A DNA stretch of 64,000 nt from NCBI GenBank assembly GCA_977017575.1, contig CDRNVI010000053.1, forward strand, positions 1 to 64,000. The letters are read 5' to 3'. A program made the translations under genes and the position numbers. The notes below the pieces were generated by a model that saw only the letters and a program-made list of their open reading frames with translations, was not told the origin of the DNA and did no database searches. The stretch is from Paramoeba atlantica. Its lineage: Eukaryota; Protista; Discosea. Shown piece by piece: positions 9,057 through 19,376 of this stretch. Every line of letters begins with the position of its first letter. The first letter of the stretch is position 1.

Positions 9057-11966
9057 ATGTTTCGACGGAACCGTTTTCATCGTATTAACATAGGTACTTT
9101 GCCTCAATCCATTAAAATCGAATTAAGGCAGCGACTGCGGAAAGATTATCCCCACGGCAAGCTCCCAAGGATTAACCCTTCATCCAAAAAGCCTTCCTTT
9201 TCTAACACCGAAACACCTTTCCAAAGAAACGACACGAAATCATGGATTCGAAACATGTTGGTGAAACCCCAACACGAGAGCCTCGAACTGACAATTTCCC
9301 GTGAGGACCCCGACAGCGCCTATATGGACACCGAGGATGGGAAGCTGGACGTTAGTGCGGAGGACGCCGTCGAGGTACTAAGTGAGTGTATAGCCAGTCC
9401 TCTGTCCGAAGCTGTAAACCTTTCATCGAGTCAAAAAACCCAATCTCTGTTGCAGGCGGCACAAAACTACCACGCGGACGAAAATGATATCACGTCTCAC
9501 GTCGAGCCTGAAGTTCTCTCCGGTCCTAATACCATTGGGGAAAGTCTTCATCGCAGAGGAATGCTTCCTGTGTATGAAATTACGGCCATGGACGCTCTTT
9601 TACAAAGACAGGGGGTTGTGTTTTTTGCTGTTTCAAGTTCGTATCCGAAGTTTGTTCGTGCAGCACTGTACGCACAACTACAAAAATGTGCAGATTTTCA
9701 GCCCGTACGAGGGGCTCAATCGGACAGCGCGGTGTTTGCTCTCACTCCGGCCTCACCCGTTTTAGAATCCGCAACAAAGTTGCGCTGGCTGCAGCGTATG
9801 GTTGCCTCAGGGGTATTACACATGGTAAACATTGGCTCAGTGTTGCTCACCTCTTTGTTGCATTTTTCAAACGTCGAGTTGGTGTTTGATCTGTCCTTAT
9901 GTGCACCGGGTCGGTTTTCGAAGGGATCCATGCCGTCTACGATTTCAACAGAGAGAATAGAGACAGGGCATATGGATATGTTAACTACGGGAACACATGT
10001 GTGTTTGTGCACTCCCTCAAAGGATTCGTTGAACGCTCGACGCGTCGAATCGTTCATGCGGCAGAACGGATATGTGAACTATTCACTTCGTTCCTTATCC
10101 GAACATGAGAATAGTGAAGATTGGGACAGAAGCGTATTTCGTGAAACTCAGCGTGTAATCGCAATCTTTTCTCCGTCCACAATGAACTTCGCACATAGGC
10201 CCAGGTGGAAACTTGATTTTCGGCTAGAGAATTCTAATAGAACCAACAATTCGAGTAGGAAAGACTACCAAGAAAACTTTAACAGTTATGAGGGAATTAA
10301 ATACCCGGTCTCATCAGAACTGAAAACATTTTCTGAAAACTTGAAGGAAGCTTTGCTTGCTGCCGTTGAATCACTGATTAAACATTTAAGTCAAGTTTAT
10401 GGATCTGCCGTGGTTCATATTTATTATCAAACATGCTCTCTCTTGAGGGAGGAAAATGAGTCCGTTCTGATCGACGTTACTGAACGAGCCAAAGAAAGGT
10501 TGAACGGCATGCCACTTGCAGGTTTCAGTTGCGAAGTATCGACTGCAGATTTGTTACACGAATGTTCGTACACGGCTCTGAACCTTCTGGAACCTTATCT
10601 GAAAATGTCAGCAGAGTTACCGGGAGCATACTATGTTTTACCCACTGAAACTGACACAGATGGAGCCTTTTTGGGAGTAATGCAAATAAAGTACCTGTAT
10701 ACACGTGAAGTACAGAAAACGAATGAGTCCGAAAACAGATCCGAGTTTACGAGTCCTTCCATCAGTGAGAGCTTCCTACAATTCTTCGGTTGCAATGACA
10801 CGGCCGCTCGATCGAAATCAATCAAGATTGTTGAAGAAGGAGATTCCGTTCGAGCTATGCCACCTTCCTGGACATGTACCTTACGCTGCAAAAAGGATAC
10901 TTTAAATTCTGGAATTACTCTCCTCGAAAAATACAAAATTTCAGTTCCAGGTTTGCAACTAGCATCTGAACACACTGTAGAGCAACCGATCGAATACGAT
11001 GCTTATTTTGCGACGTCCAGCATGTCATGCAATCGCTACCTATCATCATACTGGGATCTGTCGGAGAAAAATTGTGGAGGACGTTCACATACTGACAAAG
11101 TCGAAAGCGACACACATTTTGCACGTCATTCCTTCTTTTCATTCCGACATATCCGGCTCGCTTGTATTCAAGATGTCCTACTCCTTCTTTATCTTGGCCA
11201 CCTCTCGAATCCTGTTTTGCGTCACGTCAAACAGTTTCACAAGGGTTGGGATGCATGTGAATCCGCAGCCATATTAAAAAATAGAAGCCAAGCGATGGGT
11301 TCCGAATTTAATAAACCGCTTCACCTTTTAACAACGCCTCATATTGTTCCTGGGGCTGTGCTCATTACATGTCCACTTCCCGTGCCTATGACTCCGAACT
11401 TCGCGCCAAGTGATAAAAAGTCGAATATTCACATTGTCGCGAATATTTCGTACCCTACGGCAGAATTCTGTGACTCTGGAGCTTTACATCTGAGTGCGGG
11501 AAATTCAAATTTTGAGTTAACGCTTCCTGAAGTGGGCTTTCTTCCCGTATCAAGCAGAAATGTGGAGCTGCAAGGCCTCACAAGCAACGAAACACAAGTT
11601 TCTGGAAATTCGGTTCCCGAGAAAGCACATTCATTCGAAATGTCTCCCCTGCACGAGCCCTCTCTCATGGCTCTACGTGACGCTGTTTGCTACTGGTGTA
11701 AGTTAGCCCATGTGGAGTATTCGCTTTCTAATCTTCTGGAAAGATTTTATCCCGCTGAAATTGAGGAACACATCCGAACAAAGGAAAAACGTCTTATCGA
11801 GCGTTACGAGACAAGATCTAGGGTTTCGGAATCGGACGTTCGAAATCGTCTTAAGGAGTTTCGCTCCTGTGATGCAGAAAGCTGGGGCAAAGATGACACC
11901 TTTTTCGAGAAGATGAATCAGGAGGGGAAAACTATTTCTACCGAGTACGTGGTTACTTCAAGTTGA
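9057..11966 (+). CDS. Hypothetical 969-aa protein, possibly highly divergent TruD/PUS7-like, probably mitochondrial
   Basis: Long ORF with an Arg/Lys-rich N-terminus. Ordered weak matches to TruD motifs: GTHVCLC, NGYVNY, IQDVLL, IVPGAVLI, SFEMSP...MALRDAV. Confidence 0.5.
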   Translation: MFRRNRFHRINIGTLPQSIKIELRQRLRKDYPHGKLPRINPSSKKPSFSNTETPFQRNDTKSWIRNMLVKPQHESLELTISREDPDSAYMDTEDGKLDVSAEDAVEVLSECIASPLSEAVNLSSSQKTQSLLQAAQNYHADENDITSHVEPEVLSGPNTIGESLHRRGMLPVYEITAMDALLQRQGVVFFAVSSSYPKFVRAALYAQLQKCADFQPVRGAQSDSAVFALTPASPVLESATKLRWLQRMVASGVLHMVNIGSVLLTSLLHFSNVELVFDLSLCAPGRFSKGSMPSTISTERIETGHMDMLTTGTHVCLCTPSKDSLNARRVESFMRQNGYVNYSLRSLSEHENSEDWDRSVFRETQRVIAIFSPSTMNFAHRPRWKLDFRLENSNRTNNSSRKDYQENFNSYEGIKYPVSSELKTFSENLKEALLAAVESLIKHLSQVYGSAVVHIYYQTCSLLREENESVLIDVTERAKERLNGMPLAGFSCEVSTADLLHECSYTALNLLEPYLKMSAELPGAYYVLPTETDTDGAFLGVMQIKYLYTREVQKTNESENRSEFTSPSISESFLQFFGCNDTAARSKSIKIVEEGDSVRAMPPSWTCTLRCKKDTLNSGITLLEKYKISVPGLQLASEHTVEQPIEYDAYFATSSMSCNRYLSSYWDLSEKNCGGRSHTDKVESDTHFARHSFFSFRHIRLACIQDVLLLLYLGHLSNPVLRHVKQFHKGWDACESAAILKNRSQAMGSEFNKPLHLLTTPHIVPGAVLITCPLPVPMTPNFAPSDKKSNIHIVANISYPTAEFCDSGALHLSAGNSNFELTLPEVGFLPVSSRNVELQGLTSNETQVSGNSVPEKAHSFEMSPLHEPSLMALRDAVCYWCKLAHVEYSLSNLLERFYPAEIEEHIRTKEKRLIERYETRSRVSESDVRNRLKEFRSCDAESWGKDDTFFEKMNQEGKTISTEYVVTSS

Positions 11967-12135
11967 GATATGAGCATTTTCTGTATATTTCTGACCAAGA
12001 AAAGTCTCCCAAGTTGTAAAAGGAAATGTGAAGCATGTCATCGTTTTACGATTACCCTTTTTTGACAAAAAAATACATCTCCTAGAAACACTCCTTACCC
12101 CCTAGAAATATTTCTTAACCCTCACACATACCATC

Positions 12136-13266
12136 ATGACCACCCCCCTTACCACCCCGCACCAAAAATGGACCCAACTCCTCGACCACTACACCTACCA
12201 CACCACACGCCTTTCCTCCATCATCCGTTTCCTCTCGTCTCACCCCCACACCGTTTGCCTTCCCCCATCCCCGAAAAAAGCAACACAGCACCTCCCCGTA
12301 GACACGGAGACGAAACTCGCAACCCCGGAAAAGATACTCTCGTGTGTGACACAAACCTCAGCACTGTTCCACCCTCCATGTGCACAGCGGATGTATTCCG
12401 AAACCCCCGGGCTGGAGGGTACACTAGAAAACAATAATGCAATAGAAAATTTTAATACAATAGAAAACCATAATACACTAGAAAACAACAATACAATAGA
12501 GAATTTTAATACAATAGAAAACCATAATACACTAGAAAACAACAATACAATAGAGAATTTTAATACAATAGAAAACCATAATACACTAGAAAACAATAAT
12601 ACAATAGAAAACAATAATAGAATCGAGAACAATAATACGCACAATTGTAATAATATGAATCATCATAAATGTGAAAGGATTTCAGAAACTCAAGTAGAGA
12701 GTATTGAACTTCCCAATGCATTAATAGCAAACAGATTTAAATGTTGGGGGAGGCGAAGGGAGAGGGAACGAAGAGAGGAGAACATCATTTCGTGTCTCGA
12801 AGGAGATATTAAATCGAGAAGAGGAAAATCCATGAAAAGAACACGTCGAGGGGGATGGGGGATTCCGATTTCGGATCATAGAAGCGTGTCGACGGAAAGG
12901 AATGGGGATAAGAAGCGGGAGAAGTGTTGTAGGGGAGAAGTGTTGCAGGGGAGAGAGGGACGGGGGGAAGAGAATCGCGAATACTTTTCGAATGTACAGG
13001 GGGATGAAATGATGTACTACCCGTTGTTTAAACCTTCGGTGCTGTTGGAGGAGATGGAAGCGTGTGACTCCGGGGAGTACGGAACAGACAGCGATAGTGA
13101 AATACAGGCAAGTTCCTTGGCTTCCGAGAGATGGACAGAGAACAGGCCATACGAAAGAGAAGGAAAAATGTATGTGGTGGATGGCGTGCAACGAATGCTA
13201 TACAAAATGGACAGGAGCCTTTGTTACTTGCAGCGAAAGGTTGCCCGTGCGGCTCGAATGGTTTGA
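12136..13266 (+). CDS. Hypothetical low-complexity protein with central (T/A)(L/I)EN(N/F/H)N repeats
   Basis: 376-aa ORF on the cluster strand with no recognisable domain; its composition is dominated by the C-rich/G-rich island. Confidence 0.45.
   Translation: MTTPLTTPHQKWTQLLDHYTYHTTRLSSIIRFLSSHPHTVCLPPSPKKATQHLPVDTETKLATPEKILSCVTQTSALFHPPCAQRMYSETPGLEGTLENNNAIENFNTIENHNTLENNNTIENFNTIENHNTLENNNTIENFNTIENHNTLENNNTIENNNRIENNNTHNCNNMNHHKCERISETQVESIELPNALIANRFKCWGRRRERERREENIISCLEGDIKSRRGKSMKRTRRGGWGIPISDHRSVSTERNGDKKREKCCRGEVLQGREGRGEENREYFSNVQGDEMMYYPLFKPSVLLEEMEACDSGEYGTDSDSEIQASSLASERWTENRPYEREGKMYVVDGVQRMLYKMDRSLCYLQRKVARAARMV
12421..12636 (+). repeat. Twelve 18-bp units organised as a 54-bp higher-order repeat
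   Basis: Units read TLENNN, AIENFN, TIENHN, TLENNN, TIENFN, TIENHN, TLENNN, TIENFN, TIENHN, TLENNN, TIENNN, RIENNN. Confidence 0.9.
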
Positions 13267-13405
13267 AAAAGTGTTAGTATTTCGAGTTAAAAAGGATGAA
13301 AGATACATGTACAATTTTAAACAATAAAGGTAGCACAACTGTATGCATTATTCCTAGCATTGCGAGGTTCTGCTACACTTTTTTGCATGCTTTAATTTTC
13401 TTTTT

Positions 13406-14857
13406 ATGATTGCTGCGAGCTCTAGAGTTCAACAGAAAACGGGCCATCCCCAAACAGTGGAGAAGGGAAAAACGCCGTTTTTATTTAACAATCCGAAAGA
13501 CCGTCTTCTTCACTTTCTCCGGTGCATTTCTCCGAAGATAGTAGATATTCCACATTTTATTTTAGCTCAATGTAGAGAACTCAGCAAATCGGAGAACGCC
13601 TTCCCGGAAAGCAAAGAAGACAAGAAAAAATTTCTTTTTCACATGATTTTGGAACAGGTTCTGGACTGTGCGTTCGAAGCCTATCAGGAACTCATTAGTC
13701 GAGTCGTACTTCCGCCTCTCCAGCAGGACCCAAAAACAAATATCGATCCTGTCGCTTGTTACACATCCTCCGAATTTTTATTCACCCTACGGACGGACTT
13801 TTGGAAAGGAAATAATTTGTTCATGGGCCTTGATCAGAAGGTGTTTGAAACGTCAGAATACGGCACGGAGACTGCAGCAGACTACTTGACGCGAGCACTA
13901 CGTCTTACGGAGCGGAAAATTTCTTGCCTGTTCACACAGTTTCTGTTGGAAGGTTTGCATTCCTGGCTTTGTGGTTTGCCGCAACCTATTCTTCCCGTAT
14001 TGCTCAGTCCCGTTGGAGTTGAAAAGGGCCGAGAGCTCGATGAGGCATGTGCAGGTCTAGGGGAAGATGCGATAAATTTTTTAGTTCAGCTAGTATTTCC
14101 GCTTTCAGGAAACACAGATCTTTTGCCATTGCTACATACTGAGGATGACCTGCACAACTCAAAAGAGTCACCACGCACTATTAGTGCCAAAACGAAAAGA
14201 CCAGCACCAACGAAGTGTAAGTCGTCAAAACGACCGACTAAGGAAAGTACTCCGAATATCAAAGACATGAATAGAGAAACGAAGTCACCTATACCTTCTT
14301 GCACAGAGAAAAATGTGTCCTTCGTGGTTGAAATTCCAAGGGACGTGCTCACAGATGCGACTAAGAGTATACCAAATGAAGTACCAAACGAAGAAGATCC
14401 CACTTCGAAAATACCCCCAAAAATCAAGGTTTCGAAATGTGAAAAAACGAAAACAAAGAATCTTCCATCTCCCCATGAAAATAATTACGGTAAAGTTTTG
14501 CTAGAAAGCGAACGGCCCAAAGAAAAAACTAAATACACCGAATCTGGGCACGATAAAACAAGGAAAATAGAGAATGGGAAAATAACTAAGAACTCCAATA
14601 ACCAAATCTCCAAGCCTCACCTTTCTTCCACGCAACAGAAAGACCGTCTATCACGTTGCCCCACTCAGATGACGAGAGCACAGATTACTGCCCTGCGTCG
14701 GCCTATCGGAAGAGGTATTTCAGAATTTGAACTAATGAACCATTACTGGGTAGAAGAACTAAAAGAATATGCCAGAAAGCATCGCATACCAAAGTCTTGT
14801 CAACAGAAAAAGTCAAGCATGATTCGTGCCATATTGAAGCATACAAAGGAACAATAA
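13406..14857 (+). CDS. Hypothetical protein with possible C-terminal SAP/Rho-N-like helix-extension-helix
   Basis: 483-aa ORF with a helical N-half, a Lys/Ser/Thr-rich disordered middle, and C-terminal WVEELKEYARKHRIPKSCQQKKSSMIRAIL. Confidence 0.6.
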   Translation: MIAASSRVQQKTGHPQTVEKGKTPFLFNNPKDRLLHFLRCISPKIVDIPHFILAQCRELSKSENAFPESKEDKKKFLFHMILEQVLDCAFEAYQELISRVVLPPLQQDPKTNIDPVACYTSSEFLFTLRTDFWKGNNLFMGLDQKVFETSEYGTETAADYLTRALRLTERKISCLFTQFLLEGLHSWLCGLPQPILPVLLSPVGVEKGRELDEACAGLGEDAINFLVQLVFPLSGNTDLLPLLHTEDDLHNSKESPRTISAKTKRPAPTKCKSSKRPTKESTPNIKDMNRETKSPIPSCTEKNVSFVVEIPRDVLTDATKSIPNEVPNEEDPTSKIPPKIKVSKCEKTKTKNLPSPHENNYGKVLLESERPKEKTKYTESGHDKTRKIENGKITKNSNNQISKPHLSSTQQKDRLSRCPTQMTRAQITALRRPIGRGISEFELMNHYWVEELKEYARKHRIPKSCQQKKSSMIRAILKHTKEQ

Positions 14858-15116
14858 CTCTGCTCCTTTTTGGTAGTAATCGTAAAACTATCAGCATAAC
14901 TCTTTTTTATACAGAGCTTGTATGGCTTGCTAGACAAATTTTCTTGCCAGTTCAACTAAATATTCTTGCCAGAACCCTTCTTTGACGTAATAGAACCCGC
15001 AACGAACAACATTTTCAAAAATCATAAGGATTCGTTCGATCCGAGGATACAAAGTCAAGTTGAAAATCTCATTTTACATTTTGACCCGTTTTTCTTATTA
15101 TTGTGTTGACTTTTTC

Positions 15117-16172
15117 ATGCGAAGAGGATTGCGTTTTTTCTCTGCATCGCTCAAGACTGGACTTCGAAGGCCTTCCATCGGCATGCGCACCTCAACACGC
15201 GGGTTTTCGCAAGTTGGCATTCAGAGATCAACCCCGGCCCCAGAGCACGAACCCTCGAAGAAAGAATCAAAAGGACTAAAAGCACAAGAAGAATCTACGA
15301 TGGAACCCAGAAGGAACAAGAAAGGACACCTGTTCAGACCAACACGCTGCGCGCTCCACCTATTTATCTTCGAGCGCTGGCCTTGGAAAGATCCTGACAT
15401 TACGTACAAGGAGCACCGTGCCCAGCTGACGAAGGATTTTGATAATCTTCCGGAACCACTCGCGGAAGAGTACCAACAAATGGCTCGAGATTTCAACGAG
15501 AAAGCTAAAGAGGCGTTCAAAAGGCGCAGAAGGAAGAACAGGAGACTAACTATGAAGACCTGGCGCAGCATGGTTGCTCCTGGTCTGTACAGAGCTATGA
15601 ACCGAGATGAGATAAATGCTAAAATTCCCTATGACCGCAAAGCAGTGAAATTTACTGTCTGGTTTTCCCTTGTTGGAAAGGCATTAAGTGCTGCGTGGAA
15701 GGCGGAGAGTGAAGTCGTCAAGCAGCGCTACACGGAGCTTGCCAAAAAAATTCGATATGGCGCATTGAACGGACTTTTTAAGTACGATCCATCCATATGT
15801 AGGCTAAAGAAAGGAGTTCTTGTACCCCATGTTCGTGATTTCGTTTTAGCAAATTCCAAATTTCTTGAAGAAATGAAGCTCCCCGTTGAAAAAGAGAAAG
15901 TAATACCACGGTTTCGTAGATGTTCCCCTTCAAGCCCGTGGCGCAAAATACCAAAATATCGATACGCCCTGGAACATCCCGAGGAGGTGAAAGCATTGTC
16001 TGAAAAGCTGTGGAACGAAAAAAACGCCACGTGTAAATCACCTGGTATGGGGGTCCCGAGAAAATTGAGGGTGGGATACTGGCAAAGGGCTGCCAAGAAG
16101 CTTTTCGCATGTTTGCCAAAAGAGGAGCAGGTAAAATACTGCAACAAGCATGGATTGACTCTTCAAACATGA
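15117..16172 (+). CDS. Basic HMG-box-like protein, likely mitochondrial (kinetoplast-associated protein-like)
   Basis: Presequence-like MRRGLRFFSAS. HMG-like segments RPTRCALHLFIFERW...LTKDFDNLPEPLAEEYQQMA and FSLVGKALSAAWKAESEVVKQRYTELAKK. Confidence 0.6.
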   Translation: MRRGLRFFSASLKTGLRRPSIGMRTSTRGFSQVGIQRSTPAPEHEPSKKESKGLKAQEESTMEPRRNKKGHLFRPTRCALHLFIFERWPWKDPDITYKEHRAQLTKDFDNLPEPLAEEYQQMARDFNEKAKEAFKRRRRKNRRLTMKTWRSMVAPGLYRAMNRDEINAKIPYDRKAVKFTVWFSLVGKALSAAWKAESEVVKQRYTELAKKIRYGALNGLFKYDPSICRLKKGVLVPHVRDFVLANSKFLEEMKLPVEKEKVIPRFRRCSPSSPWRKIPKYRYALEHPEEVKALSEKLWNEKNATCKSPGMGVPRKLRVGYWQRAAKKLFACLPKEEQVKYCNKHGLTLQT

Positions 16173-16705
16173 GCTATAGCGAAGTGTACGGAAAACTGTA
16201 CTTCTATCGGTAATCACAAGAATATAATGAGCCGACATTAGTAAACAAGTTAACAGAGGAATCAATAACGTTAAGGTAGAATATTTATTCAGAATACTCC
16301 ACACATATTCGAGACAAATATAATATTCCTTTCAATTATACATGTACTAATTTAATGGACTTTGAAAAATTGAGAATATGACAAAATGTAGAAAAACGTT
16401 GATTTTTCTACTTTATTTTTAGTTCCGCCGTATGTGTACTACGATGTATGCTTTTTTGGACCCTTCTAAAAGACGAACAGTCCTACAGTCTGCATTCAAG
16501 AATATTCATAACAAAAAAAATTATTCTCTTACCAGTTTATATTCTACATTTCCTTGATTAACTCAAAACGCGTTTCCCTGCTTCCTTCCCCAAACTCCCT
16601 TTATCCCCCTCCCCCCTTTTTTTACCCCTTTCCTCTTCTAACCCCCACCAAGAAAACTTTCCCTAAAGAAAACCTGTTTCACCCCCTTTCCCTCTTCACC
16701 TCTCC

Positions 16706-19045
16706 ATGAACCCCTCCCCCACCGCCTCCCCCCTCTCCACCCGGTGGTCCTTTGAGTCCTGCCCCCTGGATCGGCTCGAGAGCACACGCATGGTACTCCC
16801 CCTCGGGTGTCTCCTCGCTCCGCTACAAGCCCTCCCCTCCCCGACAGTGCTCCCCGAGACCCCCACGCGCTGCCAAGTCTGTAGCGCCGTGCTTAACCCC
16901 TACTGCGCCGTGGACCCCCGGACCCAGTCCTGGACGTGTGTGTTCTGTGGGGCCCGCACAGGGCTCCCGGTACGCAGACCCAGCGATGCGAGGGAGAGTC
17001 ACGCGACGGGTACAGGAGGTACGACGACGACGACAACAACAACGATCCCCGCAATGAGTCCGGGGTGTACTACGGTAGATTATGCACTCGTTTCGAGTCC
17101 TGGGGAAATCGAAAGCTCCTCGGGGCTTTCGCTTGTGTTTGTTATGGTCGTGGATATCTGCGTGCCGACGGTGGGGGAGTTGGAGGCGTTGAAACGACAT
17201 TTAGTAAAGGTGTTAGGGAGTCTGCCGTATGGTGCGTACGTTGGGTTGATTACGTATGGCACAACGGTACAGATTCACCAGACAAGGCGTAGTGGGGCGT
17301 TTCAGCGGTGTTGTACCTATCGCGGTACCGTCGAGGTGAGTTGCGAGGATATTCGTCGAACGCTGGGGGTTGACCCGCAGAGTCAGGTGTATCTGAGCCC
17401 TGTGGCAGAGGCAAGAGAGGCGTTGGATGTGCTGTTTGAGGAATTGCAGCCGGATCTGTGGCCAGTGGAGAAGGGCCATCGTGCGTTGCGCTGCACTGGA
17501 GCTGCCATATCTGCCGCTACATCGTTGCTGCAGTGTTTTTATCCCAAGACCCCAGCACGTGTGCTTACTTTCGTGTCCGGTATATGCACCGAAGGCCCGG
17601 GTCGAGCTGTTGATGTGGCCAAAACAAACTTGATTCGAGGACATGCAGATATACGGGACCAGACTGCGGCAGCGAAACATTGGCCATCATCCATCAGCTT
17701 CTACGCCTCGTTGATGAGACGAATGGTCAGCCATAGTTATGTTCTCGACGTTTTTAGTGCGTGTCTGGACCAAACAGGACTTGCGGAGATGAAAACTTGC
17801 ATTCAATGTACTGGAGGTACTCTCCTCATGGTGGATGGGTGGCAAAAGCCGCACTTCGCGAAGAGTTTGGAGCAGTATTTCCTTAAGGACGACACGACGA
17901 ATAGACCTAAGATGTTTTTCAATGTGAGTTTTGAGGTGCAAACTACACCGAATTGGAAGGTAATGGGGGCAATTGGACCTTGTATAGGAGGCGTGAAGAA
18001 AAGTTCCAGCATTGCAGATACGGAAATGGGTATGGGCGGCACTGCTCAATGGCTATCCAGCACCATGGCGGAAGATACAACTCTGGCCGTTTATTTCGAA
18101 GCACATAATTCCAATGGTACGAACACGACTTCCTCTGAACCACTGAAGGATTACCGATTTGTTCAATTCGTGACAAAATACGTTTGCGTGAACGGGGAAA
18201 CACGCATAAGAGTCTCGACACTTCCTCACCGCATTCATCACGGAACTGATTTCAATGCGCTCGGACAGACTTTTGATCAAGAAGCGGCGGCGGTACTCGT
18301 CGCTCGCCTGTGTGCACACAAGACGGAATCCAGCTCTATGTTTGATGTGTTACGGTGGCTGGATCGCCACCTGATTCGATTCGTACATCGTTTCGCAACT
18401 TTTAACAAGGACGATCCGCGCTCATTACGGCTGGGACCTCGTCTGAGTTTCTTTCCCATTTTTATGTACCACCTAAGGCGTTCCCCGTTCCTACAGTTCT
18501 TTAACAGCTCACCGGACGAAACAGCAAATTACCGTATACAGTTATTTCGTACACAACTACGTGACGCTATTTTGATGATTCACCCCACACTTGTGAGTTA
18601 TACTATGACAGGCCCAGAGTCTCCTGTTCCCTTGGACGAATCCGCCATACAAGACGAGAACATCCTAGTTCTGGACACCTTTTTTGAGATTGTTATTCAG
18701 TACGGTGTGACCATTCAAGAATGGATTAAGGCAGGATACGAAAAGAATCCGGATTACGCGCATTTCCGGGCTTTCCTAGATCGACCCCGAAAGCATGTAC
18801 AAGAACTTTTGCGGGGAAGACAACCGGCACCTGTTTTATACGAGTGCAGTAAGTTCGATCCCTCAAGTCGCATTCTGATGAACCGGATTAATCCTTCGCG
18901 CTCGCGTACCACAAAGAATCAAGGCGCTCAGCTGCCCAATAATGTTTTGTATGGAAAAGGCTCGGAGGAGTTGATGTGGACAGACGACGTCACGTTACAA
19001 ACATTTACGGATCACTTAAAGAGAGTTGCTGTACAGAATCAATAG
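16706..19045 (+). CDS. SEC23: COPII coat protein Sec23
   Basis: Zn finger RCQVCSAVLNPYC...WTCVFC, LWPVEKGHRALRCTGAA, GICTEGPG, FDQEAAAVLVAR, LRWLDRHLIR, LRRSPFLQFFNSSPDET, ILVLDTFF. Confidence 0.97.
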   Translation: MNPSPTASPLSTRWSFESCPLDRLESTRMVLPLGCLLAPLQALPSPTVLPETPTRCQVCSAVLNPYCAVDPRTQSWTCVFCGARTGLPVRRPSDARESHATGTGGTTTTTTTTIPAMSPGCTTVDYALVSSPGEIESSSGLSLVFVMVVDICVPTVGELEALKRHLVKVLGSLPYGAYVGLITYGTTVQIHQTRRSGAFQRCCTYRGTVEVSCEDIRRTLGVDPQSQVYLSPVAEAREALDVLFEELQPDLWPVEKGHRALRCTGAAISAATSLLQCFYPKTPARVLTFVSGICTEGPGRAVDVAKTNLIRGHADIRDQTAAAKHWPSSISFYASLMRRMVSHSYVLDVFSACLDQTGLAEMKTCIQCTGGTLLMVDGWQKPHFAKSLEQYFLKDDTTNRPKMFFNVSFEVQTTPNWKVMGAIGPCIGGVKKSSSIADTEMGMGGTAQWLSSTMAEDTTLAVYFEAHNSNGTNTTSSEPLKDYRFVQFVTKYVCVNGETRIRVSTLPHRIHHGTDFNALGQTFDQEAAAVLVARLCAHKTESSSMFDVLRWLDRHLIRFVHRFATFNKDDPRSLRLGPRLSFFPIFMYHLRRSPFLQFFNSSPDETANYRIQLFRTQLRDAILMIHPTLVSYTMTGPESPVPLDESAIQDENILVLDTFFEIVIQYGVTIQEWIKAGYEKNPDYAHFRAFLDRPRKHVQELLRGRQPAPVLYECSKFDPSSRILMNRINPSRSRTTKNQGAQLPNNVLYGKGSEELMWTDDVTLQTFTDHLKRVAVQNQ

Positions 19046-19376
19046 GGGCATGGCGCCATTCCGCATTCATAAAGTACCGCTTTCGATTTTAAAGACAGCT
19101 ACAATTTGTGGTCAAAACGTCAAAGAAACAGAAAGTTCAAGTACCCGAATTAATGTTTTTGCTATCTATTCTGATTCATGATAGTGCAAATGGAACATTG
19201 ATACTACATTTATATTTTGACACACTTTCAAGCGAAAAATCAGATAGAAATCGACCTTTCTTGCCTTTATGCTCATCTAGTCATCATTCATTCATTCATT
19301 TTTTTATGATTCGGCTCGACTCATATTAATCGACTCCAAAATCCCATAATTCGGATTCTTTCAATCCTGCGCCGAA

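Noticed and set aside
19084-19107. CGATTTTAAAGACAGCTACAATTT as a spliced-leader-like relic
   Set aside because: It needs gaps and mismatches against an SL recalled only from memory, and AT-rich chance similarity is likely.
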